Shown piece after piece: positions 36,188 through 46,002 of a stretch of DNA of 64,000 nucleotides. A model generated the notes under the pieces. The model saw nothing but the letters and a program-made list of their open reading frames with translations, was not told where the DNA came from and did no database searches. Source of the DNA: an uncultured Chloroflexia bacterium (lineage in GTDB: Bacteria > Chloroflexota > Limnocylindria > Limnocylindrales > CSP1-4); the NCBI GenBank assembly GCA_963712745.1, contig CAVQJC010000015.1:64001-128000 (forward strand), given 5' to 3'. A program made the translations under genes and the position numbers. Each line of letters starts with the position of its first letter. Position 1 is the stretch's first letter.

Positions 36188-36450
36188 CGATCGGCTCGGC
36201 CCTGGGAAATGAGCTCCGACGGCAGCTGGGTGCCAGGGCGGGGCGCGACCGGGCTGATGCCGAGCAGGTCCCCCTTCCCCGAGCAGAGCATGCCCTCCAC
36301 CTCGAGACGCTCCAGTCCTTCCGGAAGCACTTGCACGAGCATCGCGACAGGCCCTCCCCGGTCAGTCACCTGGATGGTCTCACCGGAGGCCACCCGCCTC
36401 AGGATCGCGCTGGCCTGCCGCCGCAGCTCACGTACGCCGACGCGTTCCAT
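36154..36450 (-). CDS. Phd/YefM family antitoxin
   Basis: MERVGVRELRRQAS.ILRRV..GETIQVTDRG.PVA.LV. Confidence 0.88.
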   Translation of the reverse strand: MERVGVRELRRQASAILRRVASGETIQVTDRGGPVAMLVQVLPEGLERLEVEGMLCSGKGDLLGISPVAPRPGTQLPSELISQGRADRARSTWTARPS

Positions 36451-36561
36451 GTGCGTCACTGTCGCACATGGGTGTCCGTGGTCCAGCGGACGCACCAACG
36501 ACTGCGCAGGCGAACCCGGTGTCGAGCAGGGTGCCGGGCGCGTCGCTCGCAGGGCGCGGTG

Positions 36562-37992
36562 CTACTCGAGGATGCGGCTGCGTGGCTCAGTGGCTCGGCG
36601 GTAGAGATGGGCCCATGCGGCCGCCTTGCCCGTATCGTTCAGGCCGACGGTGAGTCGGCGACCGAGTACATCACGCCCAGCTGGGTCTTCGGCCAGCAGG
36701 CCGAACAGCCGCAGCTCGCGGAGGGGCTCGTGGATAGCGCGCTCGACGCTCCACTCCCGGAGCGGCCGATGGTCCTCGGCCCAGCCCTGCTCCAACATCA
36801 CCTCAGCCACGACGGAGGCCAGTCCGCCTGGCTCTCCGTAGAGCCCGATGTGCTGGGCGGGCCCGTCGAGCAACCTGATCGCGACGAGCTCGGTCACCAT
36901 CGAGCTGAACTCGCTCGCCCGCCCGATGGTCCCCGCGATGGCTTGCCAGAGCGCGATGTGATCCTGGAGGATCGCGAGCCCTGACCTGGTGGTGCGAATG
37001 CGCGTTCCCCTCCGCCAGATCCAGCGGTTGCGCGTGGCGAACTCGCGCAGGAGCGCCAACTCGAAGACATCGACCTCCGATCGCGGCTGGCCCTCGAATG
37101 CCCACCAGCCGAAACGCTCCGCAGCTTCCCGGACCAGGGCCGGCTCCAGGTAGCCGGCAGCCGTGGCCCTGGCGCCGGCGCGGCACGCCTCCAGCAGCCA
37201 GACCGCGGGAGCGACAACCGCCTCGATATCGTCGGCCGGTGGCAGGTCGGGAGCCATCGCGACCGGCCCGTCGAGGAGATGCGCAGCCACCCGAGCGCGG
37301 CGCTCTCGGTGCGACTCGACGATCACGGCGGTGCACCACTGCTGGACACGGGAGCCCAGCACGAGGTCGACTCGTCGGTGCCGGCGCAGATCGGTAGGGG
37401 CGATGGGCCGGACCGGTTCCTCGAGGGTCCGTCGCGTGACGCGCGCGGCGGTCGCTCGCCAGCCGGACTTGCCCGGCTTGAGTTCACCCACGAGGATGGC
37501 GCCTTCGAGTGCGACGGCGACCGCGTCATAGGCCCTGGCCTCCTCGGTGCCCATGACGTCACCCCAGGTGATCAATGCGGTATCAGGGGGCATGACTCCC
37601 GAACGTTCCGTTTCGGTCCGGTACCGATCGAGACCGGCGTCGCCGCCGTCCTCCCACGCCGCGAGCACGGCGCGAGTCGTCTCCGATCGGGCGATCTCCG
37701 CATAGCGGTCGAGCCCGAGCTTGTCGAGGAGGCGCGCTGCCCCATCGGCCAGCGGTGCCCAGTCCTCGTGGGGCGTCTTGGCCGGCAGCTGGTACCAGAG
37801 GAACTCTTGCAGCCGAGGCTGGGTGATGGCCCCGAGGCCCTCGCCCGCGGTCAGAAAGTCGGCTGCAAGCGCAGCCATCTGGCCGGCCTCGAAGTCCTCG
37901 CGCTCGACGGCGTCGACGGCTGCATCAACGACCACTTCGGGATCGTCTGACGCGTGTCCGTTGGCACCTCGTCCCTTGCCCTCGCCAGCCAC
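36562..37992 (-). CDS. Hypothetical helical protein (start uncertain)
   Basis: Long ORF with protein-like composition; ITQPRLQEFLWYQLP, PPDT...WG..MG.EE, T.AGYL.P.LV.E. Confidence 0.65.
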   Translation of the reverse strand: MAGEGKGRGANGHASDDPEVVVDAAVDAVEREDFEAGQMAALAADFLTAGEGLGAITQPRLQEFLWYQLPAKTPHEDWAPLADGAARLLDKLGLDRYAEIARSETTRAVLAAWEDGGDAGLDRYRTETERSGVMPPDTALITWGDVMGTEEARAYDAVAVALEGAILVGELKPGKSGWRATAARVTRRTLEEPVRPIAPTDLRRHRRVDLVLGSRVQQWCTAVIVESHRERRARVAAHLLDGPVAMAPDLPPADDIEAVVAPAVWLLEACRAGARATAAGYLEPALVREAAERFGWWAFEGQPRSEVDVFELALLREFATRNRWIWRRGTRIRTTRSGLAILQDHIALWQAIAGTIGRASEFSSMVTELVAIRLLDGPAQHIGLYGEPGGLASVVAEVMLEQGWAEDHRPLREWSVERAIHEPLRELRLFGLLAEDPAGRDVLGRRLTVGLNDTGKAAAWAHLYRRATEPRSRILE

Positions 37993-38211
37993 GCAGCCAC
38001 GGTACCGCGCCGGTGTACGTCCGTGAACCCCGTTACGCTGGTGGCAAGACCTGGCTGCTTCGTAGCCTGCTCTTGAGCGCCCGCCGCAGTCGTTGCGAGG
38101 GATGGTGCGCAGCCTCACCGCTGCGAGCTACGCGAAACGCGATACCGGTGGCATCCCGCGGTTGACACATCAGTGGATCGCCCGACTGCGTGCCGATCAC
38201 GACGCGGGGAA

Positions 38212-38790
38212 CTAGCGCGAGCGGCGGCGCACCACCAGCGGGATGGTGAGATGGTCGGCCGCGGCGATGACGGCCGGATGCTTGAGCGAGAGCGGCTCCG
38301 GCGGGCCCTCGAGCGCCACCACTGCCCGCCCGACCGTCCGCTCCGCGAACAGCGTCACGTTCGTCCAGGCCGAGTCGAGCGTGGACCACCAGCTGAGACC
38401 AAGAGATCCCGCATCAAAGGCACGGACCGCCATCGCTTGGGTCACCAGCCGGTCCCGGCTGGCCACGCCCGAAGGTCGCCAGCCCTCCGCCACCAGCACA
38501 GCTGGCTCGTCGAGGTCGACCAGCGCCTTCAGTCGCGAGTCGTCGAGGGTCGCCAGTCGCAGCGACGAGCCGTCGGCAAGCACCAGGTCGTCGGGGGACA
38601 GATCTCGCCCACGGAACGCCTGGATGGTCTCCGCCACCGCAGCCACGGCAGAGCGGGCCGCATAGAACGCTCCATACCGACCCGGGCTGTCGTGTCGGCC
38701 GGCGCCCTGGCGGTCACGTGGAACGAACAACGCTCCCCCGCGCTCACTCTGGCCGGCACCGTCGATGGCTCGATAGACGCGGTAGAGCAC
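38212..38790 (-). CDS. RES-domain toxin (MbcT/ParT-like)
   Basis: LYRV, GAGRHD.P, FYAA.S...AVAE, TQA.A, GL.WWST, NVTLF. Confidence 0.85.
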   Translation of the reverse strand: MLYRVYRAIDGAGQSERGGALFVPRDRQGAGRHDSPGRYGAFYAARSAVAAVAETIQAFRGRDLSPDDLVLADGSSLRLATLDDSRLKALVDLDEPAVLVAEGWRPSGVASRDRLVTQAMAVRAFDAGSLGLSWWSTLDSAWTNVTLFAERTVGRAVVALEGPPEPLSLKHPAVIAAADHLTIPLVVRRRSR

Positions 38791-38801
38791 TGTCCCGCTC
38801 C

Positions 38802-39134
38802 CTACGCGTACGCGCCGGTCTCGTCAGCCTCGATGGCCCGCAGCACATCGGAGACCCGGCCGCGCGCGAGCAGGTCGATGGGTCGCGCACCACCGAGATG
38901 CGCGTTGAACCCATAGAGCCACTTGATGGCGGTCGACCGTTGGTAGGTCGACTGCAGGCGGGACAGCGTGAACTCGACGGCTTCGAGCTTGAGCAGGTTC
39001 TCGCGGTCAGGCTCCTCGTCAGCCAGCCAGCGGCTGACCCGCGACCGATCGACGTCGAGGGCCCGGGCCACCTGTGCCTGGCTGCCCATGTCGGCCACCA
39101 GCGTGGCCAGCTTCTGCCGTGCGCGTCCATGCAT
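38802..39134 (-). CDS. Xre-HTH / MbcA-ParS-type antitoxin
   Basis: SQAQVARALDVDRSRVSRW HTH; WLYGFNAHLGGARPIDLL; directly upstream of RES gene. Confidence 0.85.
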   Translation of the reverse strand: MHGRARQKLATLVADMGSQAQVARALDVDRSRVSRWLADEEPDRENLLKLEAVEFTLSRLQSTYQRSTAIKWLYGFNAHLGGARPIDLLARGRVSDVLRAIEADETGAYA

Positions 39135-39360
39135 AGCACAAGCGTACCGCACCATTTGTCGGTGCGGCGATGTCCGCGTTCGCCCCGCACGGTCATCACG
39201 CTCCTCGGTGGGCCGCCTGCGCGGGGCCTTCGCGCAGTCCTGGCCGGCCGGAGCGCCGCCCTCGCTGGAGACCGCTCTGGCCGAAAGGCCCCGAGCCGCC
39301 GGGACGGTGCCTGTCGAACCCGCCTTCAGTGACACCTGGTCGGTTGCTACGATCGGGCAC

Positions 39361-40008
39361 ATGAGCGCGACGGAGTTCGACAGCGACACCTTCATGGCGA
39401 AGCTTCAGGCGTACGCCACAGCTATCCCCGCCGGCGAGCGGCGCATCGTGGCCATCGCCGGTGCGCCCGCCTCAGGCAAGTCGACCATCGCCAGCGAACT
39501 CCTTCGCCGGCTCAACGCGGCCGAACCAGGCTCAACGGCCCTCCTGCCGATGGACGGCTTCCACTACGACGACGAGGTGCTCACGCCCCGCGGCTGGCGA
39601 TCGCGCAAGGGCGCACCGCACACGTTCGATGTCGGCGGCTACGCGTCTGCCCTGCGCCGGCTCAAGGCCAACGACGAACCGAGCGTGGCCGTGCCCCGCT
39701 TCGACCGCGATATCGAGATCGCCCGTGCCGGTGCCATCATCATCGAGCAGAGCGTGCGACTCATCGTTAGCGAAGGTAACTGGCTTCTCCTGGGCGACGA
39801 GCCTTGGCCGATGCTGCGTCCGTCATTCGACCGGACCGCGATGGTGCGGACCGACTGGGACACGCTGGAGGCCCGGAACCGGCAGCGCTGGGTCGATTAC
39901 GGGATGGACGAGGAGCACATCCGCGCCAAGCTGGAGGGCAACGACCTGCCCAACGCCCGGCTCGTCTACGAGCGTTCGGCAGAACCGGACTGGGTCGTGC
40001 GCACCTGA
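39361..40008 (+). CDS. P-loop kinase (nucleoside/pantothenate kinase, YggC-like)
   Basis: IAGAPASGKST, PMDGFHYD, KGAPHTFD, EGNWLLL, NDLPNA. Confidence 0.85.
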   Translation: MSATEFDSDTFMAKLQAYATAIPAGERRIVAIAGAPASGKSTIASELLRRLNAAEPGSTALLPMDGFHYDDEVLTPRGWRSRKGAPHTFDVGGYASALRRLKANDEPSVAVPRFDRDIEIARAGAIIIEQSVRLIVSEGNWLLLGDEPWPMLRPSFDRTAMVRTDWDTLEARNRQRWVDYGMDEEHIRAKLEGNDLPNARLVYERSAEPDWVVRT

Positions 40009-40038
40009 CGCGTAGGCCAGACGCCTCCACCGCGACGG

Positions 40039-42030
40039 CTACTCCGCCGCGACGATCTGCAGGATCTCCTGGCCGTACTTCTCGACCTTGCCGGGCCCGA
40101 TCCCCGGGATGGCCAGCAGCTCGCTCGCCGACCGCGGGCGCCGTTCGGCGATCTCGGCGATGACCGTGTCATAGGCCACGATGAAGGGTGAGACCTTGTC
40201 CGCCCTGGCACGTTCCAGCCGCCACGCCCGAAGCGTGTCGAAGAGCAGTGCATCGTCCACGCTCAGGCGTGAGCGGGCCGCACCTGGTTCGGTCCGCTCA
40301 CGCTTCGGTGCTGACCGGGCAGCGGCTGCCGCTCCAGAGACCCCGAGCGCCCCCAGGAACCGTGATGGCGCACGGCGCTGCGGCTTCCCGTTCGAGGCCG
40401 ACCGCTGCTGAGCCCAGGTCAAGGTCAGGTGGCACCGGGCACGCGTGATGCCGACGTAGAGCAGGCGCCGCTCCTCGGCCAGCGCGGTCTCGGAACCCCC
40501 GGCTTGGCTGACCGGCAGGGAGCCCTCCTCGAGCATGGGGATGAAGACCGCATCCCACTCCAGACCCTTGGCCCGGTGCAGTGTGAGCAGCTCCACGCCG
40601 CCGTCATCGTCCGCCAGCTCCCGGAGCGCACGCTGCGCCAGGGCAGCCACCACGGCATCGCGGTCGGCTCCGCCGCCCTCCAGCGAGAGCTGGGCCACGA
40701 TCGCCAGCATCGTCGAGAGGGTGGCCTGCCGCTCCCGGCCCTCGCGGCCGGTCGGTTCTTCGTCCGGGTCGAAGCCGAGCTGGCGAGCCCACGCTGCGCG
40801 TGCCGCCGCCACCAGGTCCCGCCCCGCCACGTCATCGGGCACCCGCTCGAGCGCCCGCACGGCTGCCTGCACCTCCCGACGTTCGAAGAACCGCTTGCCA
40901 CGCAACCGGTAGGCGATGCCTTCGCGCGCGAAGGCCGCTTCGAAGCCCGCCGTCTGCGCGTTGAGGCGCAGCAGGACCGCCATCTCGTTGGTCGCTACGC
41001 CGTCGCGGATCAGCTCCTTCACCCTGGCCACGATGAAGGCCTCTTCCTCGGCCGCGGACCCAAAGGACGCCACAACCGGCTCCGGCCCGTCTTCCTGCTC
41101 CGCCACGAGCCGCTTCTCCGAGCCGGTCGAAGCCAACAATCGATTAGCCAGAGTAAGCACCTGGGGACTGGACCTGTAGTTCGTCAGCAGCGGGATGATG
41201 GCTGCTCCGGGGTAGCGCCGGGCGAACCCGGTCAGGTGCTCTGGCGTAGCCCCGGCGAAGGTGTAGATGGTCTGGTCCTCGTCACCGACGACGCAGAGGT
41301 CTCGCCGGTCACCGAGCCACAGCTCCAGCAACCGCGCCTGCAGCGGGGTCGTGTCCTGGTACTCGTCGACCGTGATCCAGGAGTAGCGAGAGCGCACCGC
41401 AGCCGCGGCCTCGTCATCGCCCTCCAGCAGCTCGACCGTATCAAGGAGGATGTCATCGAAGTCGATGAGTCCGCGCCGGTCCTTCATCCGCTCGTAGTCG
41501 CCGAACACGCGCACGAACAGGTCCATCGTGGTCGGAGGCGTCCGGCCCGCCGCCCGGGCCGCATAGGTCGAGGGCGTCAGCCTCCGGCTCTTGGCCCACT
41601 CGATCTCGTCGATAAGGTCCCTGGCGGGCGTGAAGCGGTAGCCTCCAGGCAGTGCCCGGGCCAGGGGCGCGACCAGCCGCCATTTGTCGGCCATGACTTC
41701 CGGCAGCTCCGCCCCGTCGTGTCGCAGTGGCCAGAAGTAGCGCAGCTGCGCCAGCGCCGCCGAGTGGAACGTGCGCGCCGTGACGCGGGCCAGGCCCAGC
41801 CCCCGTACACGTCCGGCCATCTCGGCTGCCGCCTTCTCGGTGAACGTGACCAGCAGGATCTCGTGCTCGGGCACGACCCTGGTCGCCACCGCGTAGGCGG
41901 CCCGGTGACTGACCACGCGCGTCTTGCCGCTGCCGGCGCCGGCGATGATGGCCACCGGACCGGTCGTGGTCGTGACCGCCTCGCGCTGAGACTCGTTCAG
42001 CCCGTCGAGGATGCGCTCAAGGTCGGTCAC
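40039..42030 (-). CDS. uvrD2: ATP-dependent DNA helicase UvrD2-like with HRDC domain
   Basis: AGAGSGKT, TFHSAA, VDEYQD, VGDEDQTIY, NYRS, TLHRAKGLEW, EERRLLYVGITRA; HRDC C-terminus. Confidence 0.9.
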   Translation of the reverse strand: MTDLERILDGLNESQREAVTTTTGPVAIIAGAGSGKTRVVSHRAAYAVATRVVPEHEILLVTFTEKAAAEMAGRVRGLGLARVTARTFHSAALAQLRYFWPLRHDGAELPEVMADKWRLVAPLARALPGGYRFTPARDLIDEIEWAKSRRLTPSTYAARAAGRTPPTTMDLFVRVFGDYERMKDRRGLIDFDDILLDTVELLEGDDEAAAAVRSRYSWITVDEYQDTTPLQARLLELWLGDRRDLCVVGDEDQTIYTFAGATPEHLTGFARRYPGAAIIPLLTNYRSSPQVLTLANRLLASTGSEKRLVAEQEDGPEPVVASFGSAAEEEAFIVARVKELIRDGVATNEMAVLLRLNAQTAGFEAAFAREGIAYRLRGKRFFERREVQAAVRALERVPDDVAGRDLVAAARAAWARQLGFDPDEEPTGREGRERQATLSTMLAIVAQLSLEGGGADRDAVVAALAQRALRELADDDGGVELLTLHRAKGLEWDAVFIPMLEEGSLPVSQAGGSETALAEERRLLYVGITRARCHLTLTWAQQRSASNGKPQRRAPSRFLGALGVSGAAAAARSAPKRERTEPGAARSRLSVDDALLFDTLRAWRLERARADKVSPFIVAYDTVIAEIAERRPRSASELLAIPGIGPGKVEKYGQEILQIVAAE

Positions 42031-42039
42031 GGGCGCTGC

Positions 42040-42294
42040 CTAAGACTCGACGACAGGGAGTCCGCGGCGCCGGATGTCTCGATCGAACGCCAGGACGGCT
42101 CCAGCGCTGGACTCACGGGCCATGGCCAGGAGCGGCCAGTCGGCGGCTCGCGCTCCGTCGATCGAGCGGACGTCGTCGACCCACTGCACAGCCTGATCGC
42201 GGGCATGCGCACCCGGCTCCTCGCGGATGGCCATCTTGATGGTCATCTGACCTCTCTCACCCTGCGACTCGGCATACCTACTCAGCGGCTCCAT
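42040..42294 (-). pseudogene. Short ORF, possible PIN-domain C-terminal remnant
   Basis: AAD..LLAMARE..AGAVLAFDRD.RRRGLPVVE resembles a VapC C-terminus. Confidence 0.3.
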
Positions 42295-42346
42295 GCGTAG
42301 CAGTGGTCAGCCAGGATGACCCGGTCGGCGAGGTCCTACAAGGCCT

Positions 42347-43402
42347 CTAGCCGCCCAGTCCGGTCCCCTGGCTGAGGCCGTGGTCCGTCGCCCGGTCGTA
42401 GCGCCGGCTCAGTTTCGAGTAGTGGTCAAAGATCCGGGTGGCCTGCTCGTCGGCTGCCTCCCGGGCCTCCTCGCAGGTGGTCGCTGTGAGGCCGTGGTCG
42501 AAGCGGTCATCGATGGTGTCGGCGCCCTGCAGCGCGATGGTCACGTGGCCCAGCTCGTGGATGTGAAGCGCTTCAGCGAACCGCTCCCACTCGACCTCGA
42601 CCGCCGGATCGACGTCCCCCGGCCGCTGCCAGCGCGGCGAGGTCATCGTCACCTCGACCCTGGTCCTGGCGCCGACGATATCGCACCACTCGAGGTCCTC
42701 TCCTTCCTCGGAAAGGAAGGCCCAGTTCGTATACCACTCGGTGTAGGCGGCCCACTTGCCTTTGATGCGCGTAGTCTCGTCCACGAGCTCCTCGAAGGTG
42801 TCGCCACGGACGGTGTAGAAGCGCTGGTCCAGGGTCAGCTCCAGGTCGGGGTCGGGCAGAGGCGCAAAGCGTACCGACCAATGCTTGCAGTCGCTATCGA
42901 CCTTGAGGCGACCGGTGGCGTAGTCGACATCGAGGATCACCTCCGCGACCTCCGTGACTCCCGAGGGGGCCGAGGACCAGTGGCTGAACACGGGTTGCCC
43001 GTCCTCGATGAGCCTGACGTGAGCAGCGCACGACTGCCCCCCGGGTGTGAGCACGATCCGGGTCTGAGCCTCCTGCGCCCCGAAGCGGACTTCGTCCCAG
43101 CGGTGGGCGCCCCGCGCACCCGACACTCGCAGCCTGGCCGGCCCCACGAACAGGGGCACATCCGGCGCCTTCCTCTTGCGCAGGTCGTCGGGCAGGGTAG
43201 GGCGAGGCGTCGGCTCGGGAGCCTGTTCGGAGCCCGGTTCGGGAGGGAGGGACGCTTCGGCACCGGGCACAGCGCCAGATCCAGGGCTGGGCGCAGCCAC
43301 GGACTCGGGGCTCGGCATCGGCTCGGTGGCCACGACCGACCCGGCCGACCCCACCAGAGCCAGCCCCAGGACGACCGACATCGACCGCATCCCACGCGTC
43401 AT
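42347..43402 (-). CDS. Secreted protein with C-terminal DUF922-like Zn peptidase domain
   Basis: Signal peptide; Y.VRG.T..EL, AYTEW, T.PRW, W.RF..AL..HELGH. Confidence 0.78.
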   Translation of the reverse strand: MTRGMRSMSVVLGLALVGSAGSVVATEPMPSPESVAAPSPGSGAVPGAEASLPPEPGSEQAPEPTPRPTLPDDLRKRKAPDVPLFVGPARLRVSGARGAHRWDEVRFGAQEAQTRIVLTPGGQSCAAHVRLIEDGQPVFSHWSSAPSGVTEVAEVILDVDYATGRLKVDSDCKHWSVRFAPLPDPDLELTLDQRFYTVRGDTFEELVDETTRIKGKWAAYTEWYTNWAFLSEEGEDLEWCDIVGARTRVEVTMTSPRWQRPGDVDPAVEVEWERFAEALHIHELGHVTIALQGADTIDDRFDHGLTATTCEEAREAADEQATRIFDHYSKLSRRYDRATDHGLSQGTGLGG

Positions 43403-43473
43403 GGAGAACAGTGTGCCTCGACTTGCCAAGAGGCCGGATAATCGGGACGCTACGATCCTGCGAGGTACCCACG

Positions 43474-44904
43474 ATGCCCATCGCGCGCGACCATGCGGCC
43501 GACCTGCGGACGCTCAGACTCGACGGTCGCATCGTGCTGCCGGGTGACGACGGCTGGGACGCGGCCAGAGCCGTCTGGAACGGGATGATCGACCGGCAGC
43601 CGGCGGCCGTGCTGCAGGCGGCGAGTCCTGAGGACGTGGCCGCCGGTATCGAGGCGGCCAAGGCCCATGGCCTCACTCTCGCGGTCCGCGGGGGCGGACA
43701 TGGTGTAGCCGGCACCGGCACGATCGAGGACGGCCTCGTCATCGACCTCGGCCGCATGGACGAAGTAGGCGTGAATCCGGGCACCCGCGTGGTCACCGTC
43801 GGGGGCGGTGCCACGCTCGGCGACCTCGACCGGGGCACCATGGGCTACCGCACTTCTGTGCCGGCGGGCGTCGTCTCCACCACCGGCGTCGGCGGACTCA
43901 CCGTCGGCGGCGGCATGGGCTGGCTCACCCGCGCCTACGGCCTCTCGGTCGACAACCTCCTCGACGTCCACCTCGTGACCGCAGCCGGCGAACAGGTGCA
44001 CGCGAGTGCGCAGCACAACCGCGATCTGTTCTGGGGCGTGCGCGGCGGCGGCTCGAACTTCGGTGTCGTCACGCGCTTCGAATTCCAGGGCGTGCCACTC
44101 GGCCCTGACGTCTACGCCGGGGGCTGCTGGTACGGTCCGGACAAGTGGCGCGACGCCCTCCGCTTCTACGCCGAGTGGGCCCCGACCATCCCCGATGAGC
44201 TGACCACCATCGTCACCTGGCTCACGCCGATGGAGCACTGGGACGTGCCCGAGCGCTTCAAGGGCCGGCCGATCCTGGCGCTCACGTGGTGCTGGGCCGG
44301 GCGCGACATGGCTGCTGGGGAACGCGCGGTGGAGGACCTGCTGCGAGCTGACCCGGACGAGGTGCTGGCCGGCTCCACGCCCTGGCTCGAGCTGCAGACC
44401 AGCGCGGACGATCTCTTCCCCAAGGGCGCCAGGGCCTACTTCAAGTCGACCTACTTCGACGAATTCAGCGATGAGGTCATCGAGGCCCTGGCCCAGCACT
44501 CGCTGAAGCGCCGGTCGCCGGTCGCGGGTACCGACATCCACCAGTTGGGTGGAGCCTTCGGGCGCGTTGCCGAGGGCGCCACCGCCTTCGGCAACCGAGA
44601 CGCGAACTACATCCTCAACGTCTGGGGTGTCTGGCGTGATGCGGCCGATGACGCGGCCGAGATCGCCTGGGTGCGCGCCTTCTGGGAGGCCATGCAACCG
44701 CACGCACGAGGCGGCCACTACACCAACTTCCTGGGCGCGGAAGAGGGCGAGGCTGCTCAGGCCCAGGCGCGTGCCTCGTATCCGACCGAGACATGGGAAC
44801 GCCTGGTGGCGCTCAAGGACGAATGGGATCCGGGCAACCTCTTCCGCCTGAACCACAACATCCCGCCGAGCCGGGCCCGGGCGGCCGGAGCGGGCAGCGC
44901 CTAA
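43474..44904 (+). CDS. FAD-linked oxidoreductase (FAD_binding_4 + BBE)
   Basis: VRGGGH, GVGGLT.GGG.GWL.R.YGL..DNL, LFWG.RGGG.NFGVVT, LK..WDP.NLF. Confidence 0.9.
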   Translation: MPIARDHAADLRTLRLDGRIVLPGDDGWDAARAVWNGMIDRQPAAVLQAASPEDVAAGIEAAKAHGLTLAVRGGGHGVAGTGTIEDGLVIDLGRMDEVGVNPGTRVVTVGGGATLGDLDRGTMGYRTSVPAGVVSTTGVGGLTVGGGMGWLTRAYGLSVDNLLDVHLVTAAGEQVHASAQHNRDLFWGVRGGGSNFGVVTRFEFQGVPLGPDVYAGGCWYGPDKWRDALRFYAEWAPTIPDELTTIVTWLTPMEHWDVPERFKGRPILALTWCWAGRDMAAGERAVEDLLRADPDEVLAGSTPWLELQTSADDLFPKGARAYFKSTYFDEFSDEVIEALAQHSLKRRSPVAGTDIHQLGGAFGRVAEGATAFGNRDANYILNVWGVWRDAADDAAEIAWVRAFWEAMQPHARGGHYTNFLGAEEGEAAQAQARASYPTETWERLVALKDEWDPGNLFRLNHNIPPSRARAAGAGSA

Positions 44905-45827
44905 GAAGCGGCCACCGCGGTCGCTCCGGGCACGAACGAGGCCACGTCCGAGAGCAGTCGTCGCAACGTCGCCACCGGCGCCCAGGCTGACGGTTCGGCC
45001 CGTTCCAGGGCCACGATCCGACGGGAGCTCATCGGCACGTCGGCCAGGCCGACCGAGGCCAGCCGACCGGCCTCGATCTCCGGCGCGGCCGCGGTCGAGG
45101 GCAGGAAGGCTACGCCCAGGCCTCGTGCCACGAGCCGCCTGGCGGTGTCGACGCTGTCGACTTCGATGACGCCGTAGGGCGTCACTCCGGCATCCTTGAG
45201 CAACGACTGCGCGGCGTCGTAGTCGTCCGAGCCGCGGTCGTAGAAGACAAGCGTGGCATCGGCCAGGCGCGCCAGGGGGATGGGGCCCTCAGCCACGAAG
45301 GGGTGCTCCGGCCGGGCCACGAGCATCGAGACCTCGGTGTACAGGGGCGTGACCCGCAGACGCGGATCCCGCGATGGCGCCGCCTCCCGGATGAGCCCGA
45401 GCTGTGCGGTACCGAAGGCGACCAGCTCCACGATCCGCTCAGGGTGTCCGGTGTGGACGTAGAGGTGGACGCCGGGGTGGTAGCGCCGGAAGCGTGCCAC
45501 CAGCTCCGGCACGACCGAGGCGTTGATGGTGGAGGCTGCGGCGATCACCAGCTCCCCGTCGTCACCCTGCTCCACCTGGCTCACGGCCGACCGCCCCGCC
45601 TCGATGGCCTCCATGGCGCGCTCCGCATGCGGCACCAGTGCCCGGCCCGCGAGCGTCAGCCGGACGCCGCGCTTGGTGCGCTCGAAGAGGCGCGCCCCGA
45701 GCTCGTCTTCCAGGGCCACGATACGCGCCGACAGCGCCGGCTGACCAAGGTGCAGGGAGCGCGCCGCAGCACGCATCGAGCCGAGCCGGGCTACTTCGAG
45801 GAAGGCTTCGAGGCGAGGAATGTCCAT
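44901..45827 (-). CDS. LysR family transcriptional regulator
   Basis: GSMRAAARSLHLGQPALSARI..LEDELG..LFER...GVRLT.AG. Confidence 0.93.
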   Translation of the reverse strand: MDIPRLEAFLEVARLGSMRAAARSLHLGQPALSARIVALEDELGARLFERTKRGVRLTLAGRALVPHAERAMEAIEAGRSAVSQVEQGDDGELVIAAASTINASVVPELVARFRRYHPGVHLYVHTGHPERIVELVAFGTAQLGLIREAAPSRDPRLRVTPLYTEVSMLVARPEHPFVAEGPIPLARLADATLVFYDRGSDDYDAAQSLLKDAGVTPYGVIEVDSVDTARRLVARGLGVAFLPSTAAAPEIEAGRLASVGLADVPMSSRRIVALERAEPSAWAPVATLRRLLSDVASFVPGATAVAAS

Positions 45828-45874
45828 GATGATCGAGCTCCAGTCCGGCCCGTCCACGGGGCAAGAGGTGAACG

Positions 45875-45912
45875 GTCCAATCGATCACTAGAGTCGCACA
45901 ATTCGATTGGAC
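45875..45912. promoter_or_regulatory. Perfect 10-bp inverted repeat, candidate operator
   Basis: GTCCAATCGA-N18-TCGATTGGAC between divergent LysR and DUF4395 genes. Confidence 0.6.
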
Positions 45913-46002
45913 AGTCCACGAGACCGCCCTTACCTTGTGAGCGAAGGCAGGTCCGGGGCCTACCCATCGCCCAGGCTTCACCCGTCACCCGAGGAGATAC
46001 CG

